DNA of 13,222 bases from Candidatus Eiseniibacteriota bacterium (GTDB taxonomy: Bacteria; Eisenbacteria; RBG-16-71-46; CAZAMP01), in contig CBDCYW010000008.1 in NCBI GenBank assembly GCA_965224245.1, forward strand, positions 1 to 13,222, in the 5' to 3' direction. A model generated the notes under the pieces. That model was not told where the DNA came from, made no database searches, and saw only the letters and a list, made by a program, of their open reading frames with translations. This document shows positions 1-7,267 of this stretch, piece by piece. Within the stretch, counting starts at the first letter, position 1; each line of letters begins with the position of its first letter. Both the position numbers and the translations under genes were made by a program.

Positions 1-48
1 CTGGCTCTGCGCAGCGTCGCTCGCCGCACTCCCCAGCATTCCCGGTGA

Positions 49-123
49 GTCTATCGCGATACGGACGCGGGTGTCGCGCCCAGCGTAACCTCAAGCCACA
101 TAATCGTTTCCGTGTCGATAGAC
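49..123. repeat. Site A: 75-bp element bounded by a perfect 8-bp inverted repeat; related to site B (1339-1405)
   Basis: GTCTATCG (49-56) and CGATAGAC (116-123) are reverse complements. Inner arms GATACGGA/TCCGTGTC can also pair (one G:T). Starts directly after TGA at 46-48. Confidence 0.6.
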
Positions 124-147
124 GACAGAGAGCCTGTTTTGGGGTCA

Positions 148-286
148 AGGGGCCGATTAGGGGCCGATTTCGGCGCTGAAATCGCTCCGCGGAGCCGGTC
201 GATGCCCCTCGGCGAGGGGACGCAATCGCCACACCGGTTGCACCATCGCGACTTACGGCGTCGCCGAGTCGCCGAGTCGCGTCCCC
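148..286. other. Repeat- and hairpin-dense non-coding segment of unknown function
   Basis: Tandem AGGGGCCGATT x2 (148-169); hairpin CGATTTC-N6-GAAATCG (165-184); palindrome GCTCCGCGGAGC (184-195); CCCCTCG-G-CGAGGGG (205-219); tandem GTCGCCGA x2.6 (260-280); GGGGACGC (216-223) complementary to GCGTCCCC (279-286). Confidence 0.45.
242..261 (+). repeat. 20-bp direct repeat, copy 1 (copy 2 at 9634-9653)
   Basis: ACCATCGCGACTTACGGCGT vs ACCACCGGGACTTACGGCGT: 18/20 identical, both intergenic. Confidence 0.6.
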
Positions 287-510
287 GTTCGGCTGACTGA
301 GGGGCCGTTCGCGTCCTGTTTCGGGCGTCGCCCGGGGTCGGCGCGTCGCGGTTCGGCGTGTTTTCCGTTGTGCGCGTCGCGAATCGGCATACGCTCCCGG
401 CGGCCACGACCAGATCCGGCGCCTGCGCGCGGCCCAAATCAGTGTGCTTCCGCTGCAGGTCGTGCCTGGCAGGGAACCGCAGTGACTTCGCGTCAACAAC
501 CGGACGGCAC

Positions 511-1338
511 ATGACTCAAGATGCCCCCAACGTCCACCTTGAGATGGAACGGTCGGAGGCTGATCGACGGCTTCGCGACCGCATCGATGAAGGCGTTGCT
601 CTTCGTGAACGCGAGATCAGATCGCCTGATGAGCTTGAAGCAGCGAAGTCCGACTTCCACGTTTGGCATGAGTACAACGCAGAACTCCTTCGTCGGATGT
701 TCGACGCTCCGGCTGTCGCTGACGGATACACGAAGATCACCGCTTCCACGGGCTTTCTCCGACCAACCCTGGATCAGCGTGTCGACAAACACCGGAGCAA
801 CGTCACGAGCTACGTCACCCGCCTGGAAGCGATCCTCAAACGACTCGAGCTGATCCCAGAGAGCAACGCACAACCCGAAGGCCAACGCGAACTCCGGTCG
901 TCGAGCAAAGTCTTCGTCGTTCACGGTCACGATAACGCCCTAAAGGAACGCGTGGCCCGCCTCCTTGAGCGGCTGAATCTCAAGCCAGTAATCCTCCACG
1001 AGCAGGCGAGCAAGGGGCAGACAGTCGTCGAGAAGCTGGAGACCCACGCGGATGTCGGCTTTGCGGTCGTAATCTTGACTCCCGACGATCTCGGCGGAAG
1101 AGACGCCCATTCGCTCCGGCCCCGCGCGCGTCAAAACGTGATCCTAGAGCTGGGCTTCTTCTACGGCAGGCTTGGCCGCTCGCGGGTGTGTGCACTGCAT
1201 AGAGGTGAGATCGAGCTACCCAGCGATTTCGTCGGGGTGGTCTATGTCGAGGCTGACGAGGGAGGGTCATGGCGCTTCGAACTCGCGAAAGAGCTCAAGG
1301 CCAGTGGCTTTGCCGTGGACCTGAACAAGATCCCGTAG
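511..1338 (+). CDS. TIR-domain protein (CAP12/Pycsar-type TIR-like, predicted nucleotide-binding family) with an N-terminal helical domain; putative NADase defence effector, 275 aa
   Basis: C-terminal motifs KVFVVHGHD, L..LNLKPVILHEQ, TVVEKLE, FAVVILTPDD, RARQNVILELGFFYGRLGR (conserved Glu) and LPSDF.GVVY. ATG at 511 chosen; the upstream part of ORF 358..1338 does not look protein-like. Confidence 0.9.
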   Translation: MTQDAPNVHLEMERSEADRRLRDRIDEGVALREREIRSPDELEAAKSDFHVWHEYNAELLRRMFDAPAVADGYTKITASTGFLRPTLDQRVDKHRSNVTSYVTRLEAILKRLELIPESNAQPEGQRELRSSSKVFVVHGHDNALKERVARLLERLNLKPVILHEQASKGQTVVEKLETHADVGFAVVILTPDDLGGRDAHSLRPRARQNVILELGFFYGRLGRSRVCALHRGEIELPSDFVGVVYVEADEGGSWRFELAKELKASGFAVDLNKIP

Positions 1339-1405
1339 GTCTATCTCGTTTCGTACGGCGGCATAACAGCGCAAGCACACCACGACTCGGATCTCATCGA
1401 TAGTC
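1339..1405. repeat. Site B: 67-bp element with imperfect inverted-repeat ends; related to site A (49-123)
   Basis: GTCTATC (1339-1345) ... GATAGTC (1399-1405). Fills the whole gap between the TIR stop and the TerL stop. Matches site A at 15/19 (left), 8/10 (middle) and 8/9 (right). Confidence 0.55.
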
Positions 1406-2963
1406 ACGCGAGCGGCACGTAGGTCAGCACATCGTGCGCATCCGCCGCGATGCATTCGTAGGTGAACGCCATCGAGAGGTGGTTTGTGCCCACCCGCACG
1501 TACCGATAGTGCTGCGCGCCGGTCTCGTCATCCTCGACGAGCTGCTTGGCGTCCCCGGTCAGGTGCTTGGCGAACTCGTCGACGATGCGGCAGCGCCGGG
1601 GCAACACGATCTCCCCGTCCCGGATCGCGCGTCGTGAGGCGTCGAGGGCCTCGGTCCGGTTCTCCGCCACCGTGTAGCTGTCCTTGTCCCATCGCGGTCG
1701 CCCCCGCTGGTGCGGGTTGAAGAAGTTCAAGTAGACGACGCCCGACTGCCGTGCCGCCAGCTCGCGCGCCGCATGCGTCTCGGGTAGCCCATCGACCACG
1801 CAGCGGTACACGTTGAACCGATGGATCAGGTCGTCCAGCTCGTCGAAGGCTGCGTGCACGCCGATGTAGACGATCTCGCGCCGGTCCCCGCGTGGCCGTG
1901 CGATGACCACGTGAAGCTCGCGACCCGTGTCGACCCCCATCGTGCACGACTGCGACGATCGTTCGAGGATGCCCATGGGGCCGCAGAGCCGCAGCACCTC
2001 GTCGGTCGACAGCCGGTTGGCGCGGTCCACCCAGGCAATGCCGATCTTGAGATTGAAGAAGCGATCTGGGAACCTCGTCGCCTCGTACTCCCGCAGGATC
2101 TCGCCGGGGTCGATCAGCGTCGAGAAGAGCTGCGAGATCAGATACCCATGTGACTCGCGCCCGGGATGCGTCGCCACCCATTCGCCGGCCTCGGGGTCGA
2201 GCGGGGCGTCACACTCGGGACAGGCCAGGTACGCGTTGCCGTCGACGTCCTTCTGGATGATGCGTACCTCGGTGTTCAGGGTGCGTGGGAACGCCAGGGC
2301 GGGCGCGGTCCATTCGTTGCACGCCGCGCACCTGAGGTGCCAGTGCCGCTGGTCGCTCGCCTGGAACGCCTCGTCGATGCCGAAGTCGGGGATCGATGGG
2401 TTCGAAAGCTCGATCACGCGCTTGTAGCTGGAATGGCTCAGCCGCTCCTTCGCGCGTGTCTTCGCGTCGGGCGTGGCCTCGTCCAGCTCGTCGAACACGA
2501 TCATGTCGGCGGGCACGCTCTTGATGCCGATGGGACTTCTCATGCCCCGCAGGTACAGGTAGCTGCCCTCGATGCGCTTGAGCCCAGCGGTGTCGGTGTC
2601 GGTCATCGCCTTCTGGAGGAACGTGTTCTCCTCGATGAGCGGGCGCACGCGGGACTTCGAGAACTCGATGACGTCGCTTCGCGTGGGAAACAGATACATC
2701 ACGTGAAGCCCCGAGAGGCACGCGTGGATGCTCCGGAGGATCGCCCAGGTGGTGCCCCCGATCTGGGCCGCCTTGATCAGCACCACGTGCGGGCTCACGT
2801 CGTCGTAGATCGCCCGCAGGTAGGCATGACCCGCGAAGGCAAACGGCTTGCCGTCGAGGCGCAACTCTCTCACCGCCCAGTTCGCCAGCGGCTGACTCCG
2901 GGTGCGTACCGCCGGGGAGACGACCTCCATGAGGCGCCCGGTGAGATAGCGTTGGACACTCAT
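1404..2963 (-). CDS. Phage terminase large subunit, GpA-like family, 519 aa
   Basis: GpA-type Walker A VVLIKAAQIGGT, Walker B MIVFDELD, coupling motif LSNPS, Zn-finger CAAC...CPEC, RNase-H-like nuclease motifs TMGVDTG and CVVDG. ATGA overlap with the upstream gene. Confidence 0.88.
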   Translation of the reverse strand: MSVQRYLTGRLMEVVSPAVRTRSQPLANWAVRELRLDGKPFAFAGHAYLRAIYDDVSPHVVLIKAAQIGGTTWAILRSIHACLSGLHVMYLFPTRSDVIEFSKSRVRPLIEENTFLQKAMTDTDTAGLKRIEGSYLYLRGMRSPIGIKSVPADMIVFDELDEATPDAKTRAKERLSHSSYKRVIELSNPSIPDFGIDEAFQASDQRHWHLRCAACNEWTAPALAFPRTLNTEVRIIQKDVDGNAYLACPECDAPLDPEAGEWVATHPGRESHGYLISQLFSTLIDPGEILREYEATRFPDRFFNLKIGIAWVDRANRLSTDEVLRLCGPMGILERSSQSCTMGVDTGRELHVVIARPRGDRREIVYIGVHAAFDELDDLIHRFNVYRCVVDGLPETHAARELAARQSGVVYLNFFNPHQRGRPRWDKDSYTVAENRTEALDASRRAIRDGEIVLPRRCRIVDEFAKHLTGDAKQLVEDDETGAQHYRYVRVGTNHLSMAFTYECIAADAHDVLTYVPLA

Positions 2964-3511
2964 GCGTCGACATCCGCCTCTTCGGGTTGCTGCGGCAGCT
3001 TGGCCAGCACCGTGAGTCGGATCTGATCGCGCGCCACTTCATCGGGCACGTGCGCTTTCACGGCATCGATAAATGCATCGACCAACGCGCGCGACTCGGC
3101 CGCCGCCTGGGCGCGGATCGTCTCCTCGTTCTCCCCGGTGAGGCTGAGGCCGCGTGCGAGTCGTTGGCCTTTCTGAACTCTCTCGACGATGTGCGTCAGC
3201 CGTTCCAACTCGCGGATGCCGTGCGCCGTGTCGGTCTTCATCGCTTCGCCGACCTGGGCCAAGATCGCGTCCCAGTAACGGAAGTGTCTCAGGTTCAGAC
3301 TGGTCCGCTCACCCGCCAGCGACTCGACGAGCTTCTCTGCCGCCTGCCGATCGACCTTCACGCGGAGCTCGTCCCAGTCCTCTTCCTTGCGATAGCGGGC
3401 GACGGTGCGTGCCTTCATGCGCAGCTTGCGGGCGATGGCGGCGTTGGAGTCCGCCTCACCGGTCAGGAACAGGCGCCGTGCCTCCTCACGCTTCTGTCGG
3501 CGCGTCAGCAT
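2960..3511 (-). CDS. Probable terminase small subunit (N-terminal HTH followed by a helical region), 183 aa
   Basis: HTH-like KREEARRLFLTGE..NAAIARKL..KARTVARYRKEEDW, like TerS N-termini; directly upstream of TerL with a 4-bp overlap; GGAG RBS. Confidence 0.65.
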   Translation of the reverse strand: MLTRRQKREEARRLFLTGEADSNAAIARKLRMKARTVARYRKEEDWDELRVKVDRQAAEKLVESLAGERTSLNLRHFRYWDAILAQVGEAMKTDTAHGIRELERLTHIVERVQKGQRLARGLSLTGENEETIRAQAAAESRALVDAFIDAVKAHVPDEVARDQIRLTVLAKLPQQPEEADVDA

Positions 3512-4166
3512 CAGGGGCTCCTTCCAGGTAGTGGCGGGCCAGGTTCAGAAGGCCTCGTGCCTTGCGGTCGCGTCCAGTGATGCCGTCCGAGGCCCGCTCG
3601 ACGGCGTCGGCGATCAGGCTCGCGTGCTCGGGGTGCACCACGTAGGTCAGGACCACGGGCAGGGTCTTTTCGGTCTCGGCGGCCTCGTCGGCGAGCCTGG
3701 CGGCGATGTCGCCAGCGGGGAACTCCAAGAGCGCGTGGAGATCCTTGATCTCGGCTTCCGTCTCGGGGACCAGGCCCGCGAGGTCGGCGCTCGACATCGA
3801 TCCCAGGAGTGAGTGAAGCAGCTCGGCCCGCCGCACCGGGATGTCGTCACCTTCGAGGCGGTTGAGCGTCGCCAGGAGCACCCGCGTCTCGGTGTCGTCG
3901 ACGTTCCAGATATCCACGCGAACCGTCTCGTGTCCCAGGCTCTCCAGGGCACGCGCACGATGGTGCCCGTCGATGACCTCGTACTTCCCGTCGTCGCTCG
4001 GGTGTGGCCGCACGATCACGGCCGGGTAGCGCCCGTTGCGACGCAGATGCCCCTTCAGTTTCTCGAAGAGATCGGGCGGCATCGCGTTGGCGTTCATCGG
4101 GTGCGGGACGAGATCGGCGATGGGGACCACGCGCGTCTCGGGCACGGTGCTAGGACTCGAAGGCAT
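3486..4166 (-). CDS. ParB/Srx-like N-terminal domain protein, 226 aa
   Basis: VPIADLVPHPMNAN, L..HLRRNG, AVIVR, YEVIDGHHRARA (ParB box), ATLNRLEG. ATG at 4166 preceded by a GAGGAGGG RBS; overlaps the MTase stop. Confidence 0.85.
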   Translation of the reverse strand: MPSSPSTVPETRVVPIADLVPHPMNANAMPPDLFEKLKGHLRRNGRYPAVIVRPHPSDDGKYEVIDGHHRARALESLGHETVRVDIWNVDDTETRVLLATLNRLEGDDIPVRRAELLHSLLGSMSSADLAGLVPETEAEIKDLHALLEFPAGDIAARLADEAAETEKTLPVVLTYVVHPEHASLIADAVERASDGITGRDRKARGLLNLARHYLEGAPDADAPTEA

Positions 4167-5241
4167 CGACGGCCCTCCTCTCACGGATGCGCTGGATGAG
4201 GCGGTGCTCGGGGTCGACAGCGACGACGAGAAGCTCACGGTTGCGAGCACGGGTCTCGGCCCGGGCGACGGAGGCTTTGTGGGCATAGGGCACCTCGATG
4301 AGACGCGTCTCGCGTCCGTATGCAGCGACGCGGTCCTCGAGGTCGGCACCGGACAGCTCGGCGTTGCCGTAGCTCAGGAGCCAGACCGGGATGTGCCGCG
4401 CCGAGTCGAAGAGCGCGTCGAGGAGATCGACGGACTCGCTGAACCGGCTGACGGGTTTGGCCTCACCGTCGAAGATTTCGTCGATGACTTTGAACTCCCG
4501 CTCGTAGCTCGTCGTTCCCGCGTACGGCGGATCGCAGTACACGACGTCGGCCTTCAGGGTCGGGAGCACATCGATTGCGCTTCCCTTCGTGACGTCGCCC
4601 TCGCCAGCGATGACGCCCCCGTTGATCGCGTGCATCATCGAGCGGAGCTTCGTGGGACTCGTGAGCCTCTTCGCGTCGATGTACACCTTCACGCAGCTCT
4701 CGGTGATGGCTTCGAGTTCGCCGGTCGCCACGCGATGTGCGGTTCCAGGGCGGACCTGCGCCATCGGATGTGCCGCCATGGCGAGCTTCATCGCCAGGAG
4801 CTTGATGAGGTTGGCCTTTGCACCATCGGCGGTCGCCTCGGCGGTGGCCAGCGCGCGATCGAGGAACTGGGCCACGTTCGCCGGGAACACGCTCGGCACG
4901 TGGAGCGTCTCGATGGGTCCGGGCGTCCGGATCTCGGTGCCGGCGATGCGGAGAAGATCGGCCTCGGTCAGGTGGACGCGACCGTTCGCGATGAGCGCAC
5001 GCCCCACGATGACCGATCGCTCGGCGATGTCGATGGCGTGGACGTGGAGGAACCCCTGGGCCTTGGCGAACAGCGACACCGAGCCGCCGCCGGCGAACGC
5101 GTCGACGAAGCGCGCACCACCCCAGAGGCGTCGCGGGAACACGCGGTCCAACTCGCGGAACACCAACGGTGCCAGCTTCCGTTTTCCACCAATGTACGGC
5201 GGCAGTGCGCCGTAGATCCGTCGCCGGTTGCTAGGCCGCAT
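4150..5241 (-). CDS. DNA N6-adenine methyltransferase, Dam-like (D12/alpha class), 363 aa
   Basis: Motif X PYIGGKRKL, motif I FVDAFAGGGSVS and motif IV VVYCDPPY in alpha-class order. ATG at 5241 with a GGAGGAG RBS; overlaps the DnaB stop. Confidence 0.88.
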   Translation of the reverse strand: MRPSNRRRIYGALPPYIGGKRKLAPLVFRELDRVFPRRLWGGARFVDAFAGGGSVSLFAKAQGFLHVHAIDIAERSVIVGRALIANGRVHLTEADLLRIAGTEIRTPGPIETLHVPSVFPANVAQFLDRALATAEATADGAKANLIKLLAMKLAMAAHPMAQVRPGTAHRVATGELEAITESCVKVYIDAKRLTSPTKLRSMMHAINGGVIAGEGDVTKGSAIDVLPTLKADVVYCDPPYAGTTSYEREFKVIDEIFDGEAKPVSRFSESVDLLDALFDSARHIPVWLLSYGNAELSGADLEDRVAAYGRETRLIEVPYAHKASVARAETRARNRELLVVAVDPEHRLIQRIRERRAVDAFES

Positions 5242-6580
5242 TGCGTCTCCTCCGCGCACCTGGCGCCATCGCGGGCGAGAGCCCCGAGAACCTTGCGCAG
5301 TGAGGCTCGAACACGAGCGGAACATCACCGGTGGGACCATTGCGATGCTTGGCGATGATCAGAGTCGTCTTGCGAAGCTCGTCCGGCGTCGCCTTTTCCT
5401 TGTCCTTGTGAGGCCGGTCGATCAAGCAGACGATGTCGGCGTCCTGTTCGATAGCCCCGGAGTCACGGAGATCCGCGAGCACGGGGCGACTCGACGACCG
5501 GCGCTCGACCTCTCGATTGAGCTGTGCGCCGACGATCACTGGAACACCGAGGTCCTTCGCCAACGCCTTGAACTCTCGTGATGCCCCGCCCACCTCTTGC
5601 TCACGAGTCCGCGCACTTGGGTGAGGGGCCACGAGCTGAAGGTAGTCGATCACCACGAGCCGAAGTCCGTGGCGCGACTTCAGACGCTGGGCGTGTCGGC
5701 GGATCTCCGACACGCGCGGTGCTGCCACATCGGAGATGTGGAACGGAATGGATCGGAGCGTGTTGAGAACGTCTCCGAAGCTGCGCTTCTCGGCTTGGTC
5801 GAGCTGGCCCGTGATGGCACGCTGGAGATCCACGCCCGAGAGTTGTGCCGCCACGCGCTGCACGATCGACTTGGTCGACATCTCCAAGCTGAAGAACGCG
5901 ACCGGCAGGCCGTGCCGAAGGGCCGGCGTGATGGCGAAGCCGAGCTGGAGTGCCGTCTTTCCCATCGACGGCCGAGCCCCGACCACGATGAAGTCTCCCG
6001 GGCGCCACCCGCCAGTCCGCCGGTCCAGGTCTCCGAGTTCCGAGAGGACGACATCCGCCTTCGCAAGCGATGGGTCCTCCAGCTCCTCGATCGCATGGGG
6101 TACGACCTCGCCGATCGAGACGAGGCCGCGCTGTCGCGACGTGCCAACTTCGACCAGCTTCGCCATCAACCCATCGATTGTCTCGTTCACCGGCGACGTC
6201 GCATCCATGACCCCTTGGCAGGCGATTTCGCAGGCCGAGCGAACCTGGCGACGGACGGCGGCATTGCGAACGCGCTCGATCATCGCAGGGGCGTTCGCGG
6301 CAGAGACGGTGATCGCCATGAGGTCAGTCAAGTAGCTCATGCCTCCGACGAGGTCGAGCTTCCCAGCCCGGTCGAGGCGGTCTTTGACGAGCAGGAGGTC
6401 GATGCGATAGCCGTCCGCCTCGATGGCGCACATCGCGTCGTAGACGGCGCGGTGGCTCTGCCGGTAGAACCAGGCACCGTCGAAATTCTCGAGTCCCTTG
6501 ATGTCTACGCCAACGAGGAACATGGCACAGAGGAGCGCACGTTCGGCGTCGAGGTCGCACGGGGTCGACTGCGGGCTCAC
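5231..6580 (-). CDS. dnaB: Replicative DNA helicase, DnaB family (element-encoded), 449 aa
   Basis: N-terminal DLDAERALL and FY..SH..VY; Walker A GARPSMGKT; FFSLEMS; VVIDYLQL; AQLNR; DLRDSGAIEQDAD; AKHRNGPTG. GTG start with a GAGGTG RBS and GTGA overlap with rep. Confidence 0.95.
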   Translation of the reverse strand: MSPQSTPCDLDAERALLCAMFLVGVDIKGLENFDGAWFYRQSHRAVYDAMCAIEADGYRIDLLLVKDRLDRAGKLDLVGGMSYLTDLMAITVSAANAPAMIERVRNAAVRRQVRSACEIACQGVMDATSPVNETIDGLMAKLVEVGTSRQRGLVSIGEVVPHAIEELEDPSLAKADVVLSELGDLDRRTGGWRPGDFIVVGARPSMGKTALQLGFAITPALRHGLPVAFFSLEMSTKSIVQRVAAQLSGVDLQRAITGQLDQAEKRSFGDVLNTLRSIPFHISDVAAPRVSEIRRHAQRLKSRHGLRLVVIDYLQLVAPHPSARTREQEVGGASREFKALAKDLGVPVIVGAQLNREVERRSSSRPVLADLRDSGAIEQDADIVCLIDRPHKDKEKATPDELRKTTLIIAKHRNGPTGDVPLVFEPHCARFSGLSPAMAPGARRRRNAA

Positions 6581-7170
6581 GGGATCACCTCGCGATCCGG
6601 CGCGCCCGCGACGGTGATCGGCTCGCGTCTTTGGTCCCGGCGGTCCCCCCTATCTTTGAATCTATCTACTATATTTGTACTGTTGACACCCTCGTCAACA
6701 CTGCTGTTGACCGCTACGTCAACACCCCTGTTGACCGGTGTGTCAACACTCCCGGGGGCCGAAGTGTTGACACCCTCGTCAACACTCTCGTCCTCCACCA
6801 CCTTCGGCTTCCAGGCCGACCGGGGGGCCTTGCGCGGCTTCCTCGGTGTTGGCGGCAACCACAAGCGCACCTGTTCGATGATGCGCACGGACGTTTCCTG
6901 ACCCTGCACCACCTCCTCCTTTTCGACTACGCGTCGTCGTTCGAGTCCTCGGATAGCGCGGCTCGCGGCACTTGGCTGCATGCCGCACACGGCGGCGATC
7001 TTGCGCACGCCACGCACGCTCGCAATCTGGTGGTACCCCCACGAGAGCCTCGCGATCGCGAGTAGGACACGGGCCTCGGCGCCGGTGAAACCACCCGACG
7101 CGATCGCCTCGAGTACCTCGTGCGGGAACCGGGTGTACGGGCCGGCGGGCTCCCATTGCTCGCTGGTCAC
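6577..7170 (-). CDS. Phage replication initiator, lambda O-like N-terminal domain, 197 aa (alternative ATG start at 7245 gives 222 aa)
   Basis: YTRFPHEVLEAI...FTGAEARVLLAIARLSWGY...IAAVCGM..SAASRAIRGLERRRVV resembles the O-protein winged-helix domain. Contains internal iterons; directly upstream of the helicase. Confidence 0.8.
   Translation of the reverse strand: MTSEQWEPAGPYTRFPHEVLEAIASGGFTGAEARVLLAIARLSWGYHQIASVRGVRKIAAVCGMQPSAASRAIRGLERRRVVEKEEVVQGQETSVRIIEQVRLWLPPTPRKPRKAPRSAWKPKVVEDESVDEGVNTSAPGSVDTPVNRGVDVAVNSSVDEGVNSTNIVDRFKDRGDRRDQRREPITVAGAPDREVIP
6651..6784. other. Putative replication origin: four palindromic iterons plus an AT-rich unwinding tract inside the initiator gene
   Basis: TGTTGAC-N6-GTCAACA at 6681-6700, 6705-6724, 6729-6748 and 6765-6784. 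6651-6680 is 23/30 A+T in a GC-rich window. Confidence 0.85.
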
Positions 7171-7267
7171 AACAACCTCGTCCTCAGAATGGGCGCGCGC
7201 GGCCCGAGGCGACCATGGCGGGCCGCGACATGCGGTTTGTGGCATCCTCGTCTCCCAGCGCTGGGTC

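Noticed and set aside
1-48. 3' end of a + strand gene (frame open from base 1 to TGA 46-48)
   Set aside because: Only 15 codons visible; cannot be supported as a CDS, mentioned only as context for site A.
51-512. ORF 51..512 (-) and the N-terminal extension 358..510 of the TIR ORF
   Set aside because: Low-complexity Arg/Pro-rich translation, no RBS or recognisable domain; the region looks non-coding.
49-1405. Calling sites A and B canonical integron attC sites
   Set aside because: They lack the invariant AAC/GTT triplets and standard L-box spacing, site B folds poorly, and no IntI is seen; kept only as a non-canonical hypothesis.
1434-3812. Many overlapping ORFs across terL/terS (e.g. 2166..3026+, 2209..3042-, 2987..3580+)
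   Set aside because: Alternative-frame or antisense ORFs with Arg/Pro/Gly-biased translations over well-supported genes.
3486-4166. ParABS partition system
   Set aside because: No ParA ATPase or recognisable parS; the context is the phage MTase-terminase neighbourhood.
6681-6784. Palindromic repeats as a possible mini-CRISPR array
   Set aside because: Gaps between the 20-bp units are only 4-16 bp, they lie inside a rep gene and no cas genes are present; iterons explain them.
4036-6901. Long + strand ORFs 4036..5358 (440 aa) and 5597..6901 (434 aa)
   Set aside because: Antisense shadows of the MTase and DnaB genes; no motifs; expected in high-GC coding DNA.
7254-7265. Palindrome CCCAGCGCTGGG between the sigma-like gene and rep
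   Set aside because: Single GC-rich 12-mer with no U-tract or second copy; plausible by chance.
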